This document shows positions 43,814 through 52,073 of a DNA stretch of 64,000 nt, one piece after another. The stretch is taken from the NCBI GenBank assembly GCA_902610255.1, contig CACLUX010000004.1:5605-69604 (forward strand), read 5' to 3'. Position 1 is the stretch's first letter. Every line of letters begins with the position of its first letter. This stretch comes from an uncultured Alphaproteobacteria bacterium (GTDB lineage: Bacteria > Pseudomonadota > Alphaproteobacteria > HIMB59). A model generated the notes under the pieces. The model had not been told where the DNA came from. It ran no database searches and was given only the letters and a program-made list of their open reading frames with translations. A program made the translations under genes and the position numbers.

Positions 43814-44005
43814 TTAATTTTCACTTGGGATGGCGTTTTCTTCTCTCATCAAAATAGGTCGACCATCATGTGCGGTGTTTAAAGGTATAATTTTACCTTT
43901 ATACCTGACACATAAAGTTGGGGCGTTTCTTACTTCTTTTCCCAAATTTACTTCTAAGTCCACAAGAATTAATTCTGCATCATCCAAAATTTTTAATATT
44001 TTCAT
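43814..44005 (-). CDS. Hypothetical 63-aa protein
   Basis: SD GGAGA upstream; co-oriented with neighbours. Confidence 0.65.
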   Translation of the reverse strand: MKILKILDDAELILVDLEVNLGKEVRNAPTLCVRYKGKIIPLNTAHDGRPILMREENAIPSEN

Positions 44006-44097
44006 TAATTATATCTCCGATACTACTTTTTAGTCTAATAGTAATGTTTGGATCTAAACAGACTGATAAAAGGTTTAGTGTCAGTTAAAAGTGAGGA

Positions 44098-44283
44098 CTA
44101 ATTTTCTGCGCAGATATCTTTAATAACTGGTGTATTTGTGCACTCAACACATTTTGTGATTTGAACTACACATCCATCAGCTAATTGAGATACCTCTACT
44201 TCTTTGTTACACTTAGAACAAATAGAAGAAACAGATAAGTCACACTTTGGACAAGATATTGTTTGTGCGTTTTCCATTGCCAT
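44098..44283 (-). CDS. Cys-rich 61-aa microprotein (8 Cys, three CxxC)
   Basis: CPKC, CSKC, CVEC plus two more Cys. Confidence 0.65.
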   Translation of the reverse strand: MAMENAQTISCPKCDLSVSSICSKCNKEVEVSQLADGCVVQITKCVECTNTPVIKDICAEN

Positions 44284-44420
44284 GTATTACTACTAATATA
44301 CCTTTTTAGATGAAGAATGGAATAGATTACGAAAAACAATTAATAATCAATAAATTCAGTATTTTTGCTTTATAAGTTTCTATTTTGATTGATCGAAATA
44401 AAAATGTACTTTTAGTTTGA

Positions 44421-44828
44421 ATGGATACAATTAAATCCCTTATAAAAAGTCATAAAATGATACCTCATCCTGAAGGCGGTCATTACGTCGAAGTTTACAA
44501 AAATAAGGATGTTAGTCACATATACTATTTATTAGAAAAAGGGCAATATTCACATTGGCATCGCATTAAAAAGAACGAAACAATACATTTCTATACTGGT
44601 AGTCCTTTGAGAATATATACATCGAAAAATGGCGAAGAATATGAAATAAATGAGATAGGATCTAAAAATAGATTTATTTACAGCGTAAGAAGTAATATAT
44701 GGTTTTCTTTAGAAACGACTGGATTATTTAGTTTAATTGGTTGCACTGTTGCTCCAGCTTTTGAATTTGAGGATTTAGAAATTGCTCCAAAAAATTGGAA
44801 ACCTACTAAATTTAAAGGTTATCTCTGA
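44421..44828 (+). CDS. Cupin_5/DUF985 protein
   Basis: PHPEGGHY, IYYLL, SHWHRI, GCTVAPAFEFED. Confidence 0.88.
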   Translation: MDTIKSLIKSHKMIPHPEGGHYVEVYKNKDVSHIYYLLEKGQYSHWHRIKKNETIHFYTGSPLRIYTSKNGEEYEINEIGSKNRFIYSVRSNIWFSLETTGLFSLIGCTVAPAFEFEDLEIAPKNWKPTKFKGYL

Positions 44829-44879
44829 CAAAATTAAATATTTACAAGAAAATGTATGTATTTTATAAATTTTCTAATT

Positions 44880-45107
44880 TACACACATAATTTATAAAAT
44901 TGTGTGTATTAAAATATGTTATAATCACATAAATATCTTTAAAATGGAAATCAAGAATTTAAAAAAATTAATTATGATTTTTTTTAAATTTACCTTAAAT
45001 TTGAAATTCTTTCTAATTTTTCGATTTTATTGAAAAATTGTTGATTTTATTGATAATTTTTCTATTTTTATCATAAATTACACATAAATTATATAATAGT
45101 TTGTGTA
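44880..45107. repeat. Two 29-bp palindromic boxes TACACA-N17-TGTGTA (44880-44908, 45079-45107) bracketing an AT-rich phased-tract spacer
   Basis: TACACACATAATTTATAAAATTGTGTGTA and TACACATAAATTATATAATAGTTTGTGTA; three imperfect 20-bp repeats at 45014-45073. Confidence 0.7.
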
Positions 45108-45137
45108 TAAATTGAAAATAATATAAGTTCAATAGAA

Positions 45138-45791
45138 GTGCAAGATATAAAAATCAAACCTTGGGAAGAATTAAAACAAATTCATAAGGAAAAATTTAAA
45201 AATGAGTCAGATTACTTATCTTTTTTCCGGGACGTAGTTTTACATGACACCTCAACTAGAGAAAAGTACACCTCTCAAACTAAAGATAGGGTAGTTGAGG
45301 GAGTAACTTGGGCTAAAGAATTCTCAAAATTTCATCAAAGATATAAAGACGGCTACTCTTACAAGTTTTCTGAAAATAATACAATTTTGAATATTGGGCA
45401 CCAAACCACATATTTAATTAAACCACAATTTGCAGCTTATCATGCAGTCAGAAAAATAATGAGAAATTGGTTAATAAAGAGACTCAAAGATGAGTATGTC
45501 AAAAAAAAGCCAGTGATCTACAATCCTCCTAAAAGTCTCAACCAAGGCGAAAGTAACTTTATTACAAGGCGGACAAAAGTTGCTTATTTAGTATACATGG
45601 GTGACTTAGCTGTTAGAGATAATTTACTTTACTCTATTAGAGATAATAAAACTCTAGTGCCCAAACCAGCTTCGCTATCTTGGTGTGTGTCACTATTTGA
45701 TGATAAATATATATCTGATGGTATACTAACATATCCTAAAAATTTAGGCCCCTTGAATGAAAACTTATTGTCAGGATCATTGTCTTTTTAA
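45138..45791 (+). CDS. Hypothetical basic 217-aa protein
   Basis: Long ORF in very AT-rich DNA, GTG start, no family recognised. Confidence 0.7.
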   Translation: MQDIKIKPWEELKQIHKEKFKNESDYLSFFRDVVLHDTSTREKYTSQTKDRVVEGVTWAKEFSKFHQRYKDGYSYKFSENNTILNIGHQTTYLIKPQFAAYHAVRKIMRNWLIKRLKDEYVKKKPVIYNPPKSLNQGESNFITRRTKVAYLVYMGDLAVRDNLLYSIRDNKTLVPKPASLSWCVSLFDDKYISDGILTYPKNLGPLNENLLSGSLSF

Positions 45792-46001
45792 ATGACAGAA
45801 GTAATTAAAGTATTATTATCATCATACGGCTTTGCAATTTTACTATGGGCAGCTTTTATCTATACTCAAAAAAAATTTGGTAAATTAACAAAAAATGTTA
45901 GTTCCAAAAGAATATATATCAAATATTTCATTATAATCGTTTTAGGGTACGGGACTTTCTCACTAGTCTTAATTAGTGTTTATAGCGATTGGTTTAAATA
46001 A
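45792..46001 (+). CDS. Hypothetical 2-TM protein
   Basis: Abuts the upstream stop; two hydrophobic helices with a basic loop. Confidence 0.65.
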   Translation: MTEVIKVLLSSYGFAILLWAAFIYTQKKFGKLTKNVSSKRIYIKYFIIIVLGYGTFSLVLISVYSDWFK

Positions 46002-46010
46002 TCAAAACTT

Positions 46011-46352
46011 ATGAATAGTGATGATATAGAAACTCAAGATTACATATTTATGAAGTGTCTCCAGGAAAAAATATGTAAAAGACATGTCACACTAAAAACA
46101 ACAGGTAAACAGATAAATGATAAGTCTTTAATTTCAAAAAATGTGATTAATGCTTTTGACTTGGATGAAATTTCATTTTTGACAGGATTAAATTTTAATA
46201 TTGTGAGTGATACTGGGGCAAAACTTATAAGAATGAATCTAGCAAATAAAATTATGTGGGAAGACGATCAAAATAATGAAAAGAGATTTCTTTGGTATTT
46301 GTCTGAGAACGGTGAAAAATATTTAGAAAGAAATTCATACAAGAGAGCATGA
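46011..46352 (+). CDS. Putative winged-helix DNA-binding protein
   Basis: LDEISFLTGLNFNIVSDTGAKLIRMNLA HTH-like segment plus WYLSENGEKYL wing end. Confidence 0.55.
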   Translation: MNSDDIETQDYIFMKCLQEKICKRHVTLKTTGKQINDKSLISKNVINAFDLDEISFLTGLNFNIVSDTGAKLIRMNLANKIMWEDDQNNEKRFLWYLSENGEKYLERNSYKRA

Positions 46353-46537
46353 ACATAGAATTAGTTGTAAATACATTTTGGTTTTTTTCGATTTTTACAG
46401 CAGCTATTTACATTATTAAAAAGAGGTATGTAGGTAAAAAAGAATATTCTATTATAGATAAAGCTTTTAAATTGGGCTTATCTGTATCAATATTTTTAAT
46501 ATTTCTAAGCTTATACTTCTTACTTACACAATCTTAG
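46349..46537 (+). CDS. Hypothetical 2-TM protein
   Basis: ATGA overlap with the upstream gene; two hydrophobic helices. Confidence 0.6.
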   Translation: MNIELVVNTFWFFSIFTAAIYIIKKRYVGKKEYSIIDKAFKLGLSVSIFLIFLSLYFLLTQS

Positions 46538-46809
46538 TTTCCACCCTCAAGTAAAATAAATTTTTGTGTATCTAGATCAACTCCAGCTTCTGTTCTAAGT
46601 TTTATCATTTCAGGAAGTTTTAACATTTCTTGCATTTTATCCATCGACTCTACTTCTATAACCGTATAAATTTCTTCATTGTTATCTTTTGGATGTCCAT
46701 AGGCTAATACACTAAGACCATATTCCTGTCTCAGATTTTCATTTTCTTCAAACATTTGTTTCCAATGTTCATAACCTTTAGTTATTTTTGCATTTGTAAT
46801 AATTTTCAT
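46534..46809 (-). CDS. DUF3764-like small alpha/beta protein (start placed at ATG 46809)
   Basis: YEHWKQMFE...R.EYGLSVLAYG...RTEAGVD; SD GAAAGGA. Confidence 0.6.
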   Translation of the reverse strand: MKIITNAKITKGYEHWKQMFEENENLRQEYGLSVLAYGHPKDNNEEIYTVIEVESMDKMQEMLKLPEMIKLRTEAGVDLDTQKFILLEGGN

Positions 46810-46879
46810 AGTTATCCTTTCTATCAATTATTATAAAATTAATTTAAAAATAATTCATTCAAAAGATTTTGATTATACC

Positions 46880-46907
46880 ATTTAACAATTTCATAAATTT
46901 TCGGAAT
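46880..46907. other. dif/Xer-like 11-6-11 site (candidate)
   Basis: ATTTAACAATT TCATAA ATTTTCGGAAT; outer arms resemble XerD (ATTTAACA) and XerC arms; related copy at 47465-47493. Confidence 0.35.
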
Positions 46908-46931
46908 CATACTTATACTTAAAAACATGAC

Positions 46932-47189
46932 TTACTCATCTTTCATTATATGTTCAAAGAAATGTCTGATACATAAAAACCAGATACAAAGACACATGAT
47001 CAAACCGCCTAGACCTAGAGAAAATACCTCTAATAAAAATAATCCTAATGAGCTAAACATTATTAGCAATAATGAGAAATAAAACTTCCAAAATCCACTT
47101 TTACACACCAAGTCATTTAAAAACTTTATATTTTTTATAAGCGGGTAAGAGACACCACCAATTATGAAAGCTAAGATTACATAGAGCAT
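46932..47189 (-). CDS. Hypothetical 3-TM protein
   Basis: Hydrophobic ORF coupled to the upstream gene. Confidence 0.6.
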   Translation of the reverse strand: MLYVILAFIIGGVSYPLIKNIKFLNDLVCKSGFWKFYFSLLLIMFSSLGLFLLEVFSLGLGGLIMCLCIWFLCIRHFFEHIMKDE

Positions 47190-47443
47190 AAGTTTTTATA
47201 TATTGTCGATGCTTTAAAAATATTATCAAAGGTTAAATTATAAAGCTCATTAATATTTTCACTCTCGCTCTCTGAATTTTCTAAATTAATCATGTTTTCA
47301 TCTGCCCACATATACATATCAATATTCGACTCGATAAGTGTTTCAATATCTTCACAAAAACCATCGGGCAATTGAGGTTTAGCAAAGCTAAATGAACTAA
47401 TAATTAAAAAAAATAAAATATAAAATTTAAAAATTTTTAACAT
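47177..47443 (-). CDS. Hypothetical secreted acidic protein
   Basis: Signal peptide ending SFA-K, two Cys; extended -10 TGTTAGAAT 6 nt before the ATG. Confidence 0.65.
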   Translation of the reverse strand: MLKIFKFYILFFLIISSFSFAKPQLPDGFCEDIETLIESNIDMYMWADENMINLENSESESENINELYNLTFDNIFKASTIYKNLCSM

Positions 47444-47558
47444 TTTTATATTCTAACAAATTTTTATAAACAATTTGAAAATATTGTCGGAAATGTTTCG
47501 GAGATACAGTTTGAACTAACTACCAATTTGTATAATATGCTTGATAATGCTGACGTAG

Positions 47559-47634
47559 GGGGCCATAGCTCAGCTGGGAGAGCGCTACGCTGGCAGCGTA
47601 GAGGTCAGGGGTTCGATCCCCCTTGGCTCCACCA
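47559..47634 (+). tRNA. tRNA-Ala(GGC)
   Basis: GGGGCCATAGCTCAGCTGGGAGAGCG-CTACG CT GGC AG CGTAG...GTTCGATCC...TGGCTCC-A-CCA; G3:U70; 76 nt. Confidence 0.98.
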
Positions 47635-47649
47635 AGATGAAATTTAAAA

Positions 47650-47856
47650 ATGGAACAAAACTTAGATAAACTTTTTTCAATTAACTTTTTAGGAACATGG
47701 CTTGTTACTCTAGCAGTAATAGCATTAGTAATTTTTGCTAGTTATAAAATATTTAATATTCTGTTTAAGTCAGAGATATACTTTAAAAAATCAGCAATTA
47801 GCTATTTTTTAATTTTTATTTTTATTTTCGGCTTCTTGATATACTTCTATAGCTAA
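47650..47856 (+). CDS. Hypothetical 2-TM protein
   Basis: Hydrophobic ORF 15 nt after tRNA-Ala. Confidence 0.55.
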   Translation: MEQNLDKLFSINFLGTWLVTLAVIALVIFASYKIFNILFKSEIYFKKSAISYFLIFIFIFGFLIYFYS

Positions 47857-47999
47857 TAAGCTAACAAAAATTATTTTATCTTTTGATATGCAAAATAGTC
47901 AGGTCAATTAGTCTATAAAATATTTAATTTAATTGTTAATAGAGTGTACTGTTAACTAATAAACTAAACTATTTAGGTAACAATGAAGGAGGGTAATAA

Positions 48000-48287
48000 A
48001 TGAGTATAGCAAGAGTAACAACAGTAAAAATGGACTCAAAGGAGGCAGCTGACCAACAAACACAAGGGTACGTGCAAAGTGCACCAACAGAATTCCCACA
48101 AGCAAGTCAGTTAATTGGCATTAGAATCGATGATGTTACATTAATGGCAGTTACAATTTATCCTGATTCTGAAACTATGAAAGCAGCAGATGCTGCACGG
48201 GAAAAAAGATTAAATACTAATATAGAAAATAGAGTCTCAGTCGAGACAGTAGTTGGCGAAGTTACATTAGATCATCATAATCACTGA
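48000..48287 (+). CDS. Small dimeric alpha/beta-barrel (ABM-like) hypothetical protein
   Basis: Strong SD GAAGGAGG; ARVTTV...AVTIYPDSE...VGEV pattern. Confidence 0.65.
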   Translation: MSIARVTTVKMDSKEAADQQTQGYVQSAPTEFPQASQLIGIRIDDVTLMAVTIYPDSETMKAADAAREKRLNTNIENRVSVETVVGEVTLDHHNH

Positions 48288-48312
48288 TTATGAAGGTAAT
48301 CAGATAAATATA

Positions 48313-48339
48313 AAAGCCTTTAGATCTTCTAAAGGCTTT
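48313..48339. terminator. Bidirectional intrinsic terminator between convergent genes
   Basis: AAAGCCTTTAGA-TCT-TCTAAAGGCTTT with AT-rich flanks. Confidence 0.75.
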
Positions 48340-48350
48340 ATGATTTTTAT

Positions 48351-49343
48351 TTAGACACCCCATCTCATAGCTGCTGTGTGAACAGATGAGTCCCAATGCT
48401 TTAAAAGCTCTTCGTCAAGTTTTGTAAGAGTAATTGAAGCGCCCTGCATTTCAAGAGAAGTGCAATAATTTCCAACAAGAGACCTAGATATCTTTATATT
48501 TTTTTTGTCTAACATATTTTTAGCGTTGTCATAAATTAGGTATAGCTCTGTTAAAGGAGTACCTCCCATACCATTGACGAATAAAAGAATTTCTTCGTTT
48601 GTCTCAGGCTTTAAATCCTCATTAATTGCCTCTAATAACTCGTTTGTAATCTCTTGTGCAGATTTCATTTTATCTCTTCTTCTTCCAGGTTCACCATGAA
48701 TTCCAACACCGAATTCCATTTCATCATCGCCTATATCAAAATTTGGTTTTCCTGCAGCCGGGACAGTGCAACTTGAAAATGCAACTCCCATAGAACCTGA
48801 ATTTTTATTTACCTTATCCCCTAAGGCTTTACATTCTTGTAAGCTACCTCCATGCTCAGCTAAAGAACCAACTATTTTTTCAACAACAACAGTAGCAGCA
48901 ACACCTCTTCTACCAGTTGTAAATGAAGAGTCCTCCACAGCAACGTCATCATTTGTTAATACAGACTCATTTGGACCTTGCATCATCTCAGCTGCCATTT
49001 GGAAATTCATTACATCTCCAGAATAGTTTTTAACGATAAATAAAACTCCAGCTCCACTATCTACTTTTTCAGCAGCAGCCAACATTTGATCTGGTGTAGG
49101 TGATGAAAAAACAAATCCAGGGCAGGCTGCATCCAGCATACCGTAGCCTACTAAGCCACCATGCATGGGTTCGTGTCCACTCCCCCCTCCACTGATCAGA
49201 GCTACTTTTCCCTCTTTTGTGGGGGTGGCTCTAGTGATGAAGTTGGGGTCGTAGTGGCAGTTAACAATATCTTGATGCGCAGCACCAAAACCTTGCAGAC
49301 TCTCCTTTAGAAAATCATCCGCTGAATTCATAAATTTTTTCAT
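48351..49343 (-). CDS. dhaK: Dihydroxyacetone kinase-family substrate-binding subunit
   Basis: SGGGSGHEP, KNYSGD, GRRGVA, GVGIHGEPG, TSLEM. Confidence 0.93.
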   Translation of the reverse strand: MKKFMNSADDFLKESLQGFGAAHQDIVNCHYDPNFITRATPTKEGKVALISGGGSGHEPMHGGLVGYGMLDAACPGFVFSSPTPDQMLAAAEKVDSGAGVLFIVKNYSGDVMNFQMAAEMMQGPNESVLTNDDVAVEDSSFTTGRRGVAATVVVEKIVGSLAEHGGSLQECKALGDKVNKNSGSMGVAFSSCTVPAAGKPNFDIGDDEMEFGVGIHGEPGRRRDKMKSAQEITNELLEAINEDLKPETNEEILLFVNGMGGTPLTELYLIYDNAKNMLDKKNIKISRSLVGNYCTSLEMQGASITLTKLDEELLKHWDSSVHTAAMRWGV

Positions 49344-49352
49344 AGTATCCTC

Positions 49353-49982
49353 CTAACTATTTAACACTGACTCACAGACAGTTTTTATCATTAATTGTGA
49401 AGACCTTGCTCCAGGATCAATATGACCTTTGGCTCGCTCTCCTAAAAAAGAAGCTCTCCCTTTTGTAGCTAAAAGATCTTTTGTTGAAAACATCCCTTTT
49501 TCCGCCACTTCTATAGCTTCTTTAAGTATCTCTTTAACATCTTTGTTATCCTCGACACCTTTTTTAAGGCAGTTAGATACAGGTATGAGAACATCCATCA
49601 TTGTTTTTTCACCTACATCTGCTTTACCTCTTTGTTTTACAGCTTCCACGCCATCTGCAAAAATTTCGATTGCCTTTTTAAAGTCAACACCATTGTCTAT
49701 ATCGTTCCCTTTGGCCATGGTCATAAACAATGTGCCAAACAGGGCTCCAGATGAGCCACCAATACCAGATAAAACTTTCATTGCTATTTGGTTTAGAGCT
49801 TTAGACATTGGCAAATCTTTAATTACAGCTTCTAATTCTATAACCAGCTTTATCCCTCTTTGGACATTAAAAATATGATCCCCATCTCCTATTTCTTGGT
49901 CCAATTTTTCTATTTCACCTGCATTTGCATCAATTACAGCTTGAATTTCTTTTGCTCTATGGATTAAAAAATTAACACTCAT
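49353..49982 (-). CDS. dhaL: Dihydroxyacetone kinase ADP-binding subunit
   Basis: LDQEIGDGDH, GGSSGALFG, GEKTMMD, ATKGRAS, DPGA. Confidence 0.93.
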   Translation of the reverse strand: MSVNFLIHRAKEIQAVIDANAGEIEKLDQEIGDGDHIFNVQRGIKLVIELEAVIKDLPMSKALNQIAMKVLSGIGGSSGALFGTLFMTMAKGNDIDNGVDFKKAIEIFADGVEAVKQRGKADVGEKTMMDVLIPVSNCLKKGVEDNKDVKEILKEAIEVAEKGMFSTKDLLATKGRASFLGERAKGHIDPGARSSQLMIKTVCESVLNS

Positions 49983-50989
49983 TGCACGCTCATTCCTTTT
50001 TCGTCAAAAAATAAAATTTTATTTTTATCTATTGCAAAATTTACTTTGTCACCTTTTTGACCTTGGAATGCTCCTTGATATAAGGATAAAATTTCTGCTC
50101 CATTAAAATCTAACTCTACCACAGTTTCTGCACCGAGAGACTCAACAGTTTTAATTGAGCCTGAAAGTTCACCTTCTCCTATCTTAATGTGCTCAGGTCT
50201 TAAACCAAGTTGACTCGCTTTATCTGGTGATGAAGTATTTAAAGTAGTTCTGCTGAGAATATTAATTTTTGGTGAGCCTAATCTATTTGCAACATAAATA
50301 GATTTTGGATTATTGTATATATCTTCTGGTTTATCAATCTGGGCGATTTTACCATTTTCTAATACTCCGATGCGATCTGCCATAGTTGTGGCTTCAGCTT
50401 GATCATGTGTGACGTATAGAATTGTGGAGCCTAAATTTAATTGGATTTTTTTCAGTTCGACTCTCAAACTTTCCCTTAATTTTGCATCAAGGGATGAAAG
50501 GGGCTCATCCATTAAATATATACTTGGGTCTCTGACTAAAGCACGACCTATCGCAACTCTTTGCATTTCTCCACCTGATAATTCAGTAGCTTTGTTATCT
50601 AATTTAGCTGAAATCTTCAGCATTTCCGCTATTTTTGTGACTTTTTCTCTAATCTTATCTTCTGGGATTTTTCTAAGAGGGGATCGAAGAGGAAAGGCTA
50701 AATTGTCGTAAACCTTGTAATGAGGGTATAAAGAGTATTGTTGAAATACAAACGCTGTGTCTCTAGCTGCAGGCTGTGCTTGTGAGAAATCTTCATCATC
50801 AAAAAGGATCTTTCCTTTATCAATTTTTTCTAAACCTGCTATTGATCTTAATGTTGTTGTTTTACCTGCACCAGTTGGACCCAATAATACAAAAAACTCT
50901 CCATCATTTACCGTAAAGCTAATATCATCTAAAGCCTTTATAGTTTTATCATATATTTTTGTAATATTTTGTAGTTCTACTTTAGACAT
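49979..50989 (-). CDS. Carbohydrate ABC transporter ATPase (CUT1), subunit 2
   Basis: GPTGAGKTT, LSGGEMQR, MDEPLSSLD, TOBE-type tail. Confidence 0.93.
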   Translation of the reverse strand: MSKVELQNITKIYDKTIKALDDISFTVNDGEFFVLLGPTGAGKTTTLRSIAGLEKIDKGKILFDDEDFSQAQPAARDTAFVFQQYSLYPHYKVYDNLAFPLRSPLRKIPEDKIREKVTKIAEMLKISAKLDNKATELSGGEMQRVAIGRALVRDPSIYLMDEPLSSLDAKLRESLRVELKKIQLNLGSTILYVTHDQAEATTMADRIGVLENGKIAQIDKPEDIYNNPKSIYVANRLGSPKINILSRTTLNTSSPDKASQLGLRPEHIKIGEGELSGSIKTVESLGAETVVELDFNGAEILSLYQGAFQGQKGDKVNFAIDKNKILFFDEKGMSVQ

Positions 50990-52071
50990 TAACTCATAAA
51001 CTCACTTTGAAGTGCCTTATCATTTGAACCATCAAAAATTATTTGATTATTATTAAGAGTATCAAATTGAATTTGCTCATTAATATTAACTTGTGTGTCA
51101 CTATCAACTCTAATTTTTATATTTCCAAGTTGAGTTTCAATTGTAAGAATTTTTCTTGAACCTAAATATTCAACACCAAAGACATTACCTTTTACGCCAT
51201 TTTCAGAAACTAATTTTAAATTCTCTGGCCTTACACCTAAAAAATTTTCATTTGAGTCTGTTCCTTCTTTTTGTTCAGGGATATTTAATGATGAGTCTAA
51301 TAATTTAATACTTGATTGACTTGGAGAAATTTTTTCATTTATTGGTATGAAATTCATTCCTGGGGATCCAATAAAATTGGCAACAAACTTTGTTTTAGGT
51401 TTATTATAAATAACTTTTGGTGAGTCTGCCTGCAACACAACTCCCTCATTCATTACAGCTATTCGATCAGCCATCGACATTGCCTCTTGTTGATCGTGTG
51501 TTACATACACTGTAGTTGCATCAATATCATCGTGAAGTTTTCTTAATTCCAAACACATTAATTCTCTAAATTCTGCATCAAGTGTGCCCAAAGGTTCATC
51601 CATTAAAAATGCTTTAGGTCTTCTGACTAGCGCTCTTCCAAGTGCAACACGTTGGCGATCACCTCCTGCTAAAGAGGATACTTTTGATTTTAATAAGTGA
51701 TCAATTCTGAGAAGCTTTGCAGCTTCCAGAACTTTAGCATCTACTTCGCTTCGTGAGAGCTTTTGCATTTTCAGTGGGAAAGCCAGATTATTTCTTACAT
51801 TCATATGTGGATAGAGTGCAAAAAGCTGAAAAACAAAGGCTATATCTCGCTGGGAGGCCCTTAGATAGCCCACATCTTCCTTATCCAAATATATATTTCC
51901 AGAAGTTGGTAGCTCTAAACCGGCAATCATTCTTAAAGTGGTAGTTTTTCCACAACCTGAAGGACCGAGTAAAACGAAGAATTCTTTATTTTCAATAATA
52001 AGATTGGAGTTTTTCACTGCTACGAAATCTCCAAAAGATTTATGTAAATTTTTAATTTCTATTTCTGCCAT
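50989..52071 (-). CDS. Carbohydrate ABC transporter ATPase (CUT1), subunit 1 (start ATG 52071)
   Basis: GPSGCGKTT, LAGGDRQR, MDEPLGTLD. Confidence 0.93.
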   Translation of the reverse strand: MAEIEIKNLHKSFGDFVAVKNSNLIIENKEFFVLLGPSGCGKTTTLRMIAGLELPTSGNIYLDKEDVGYLRASQRDIAFVFQLFALYPHMNVRNNLAFPLKMQKLSRSEVDAKVLEAAKLLRIDHLLKSKVSSLAGGDRQRVALGRALVRRPKAFLMDEPLGTLDAEFRELMCLELRKLHDDIDATTVYVTHDQQEAMSMADRIAVMNEGVVLQADSPKVIYNKPKTKFVANFIGSPGMNFIPINEKISPSQSSIKLLDSSLNIPEQKEGTDSNENFLGVRPENLKLVSENGVKGNVFGVEYLGSRKILTIETQLGNIKIRVDSDTQVNINEQIQFDTLNNNQIIFDGSNDKALQSEFMS

Positions 52072-52073
52072 GG

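Noticed and set aside
44880-44908. Box 1 as the canonical chromosomal dif
   Set aside because: The left part (CATAA-TTTATA) resembles a XerC arm and core, but there is no XerD arm, and the box is symmetric and duplicated
44944-44988. 14-codon ORF between the twin palindromes
   Set aside because: Too short, no SD, and explained by A/T-tract composition
45014-45073. 20-bp repeats as a CRISPR array
   Set aside because: No spacers, low complexity, only three degenerate units, no cas genes
47600-47634. tRNA-Ala or tRNA-Leu 3' end as att site of an integrated element
   Set aside because: No duplicated 3' end or integrase found in the window
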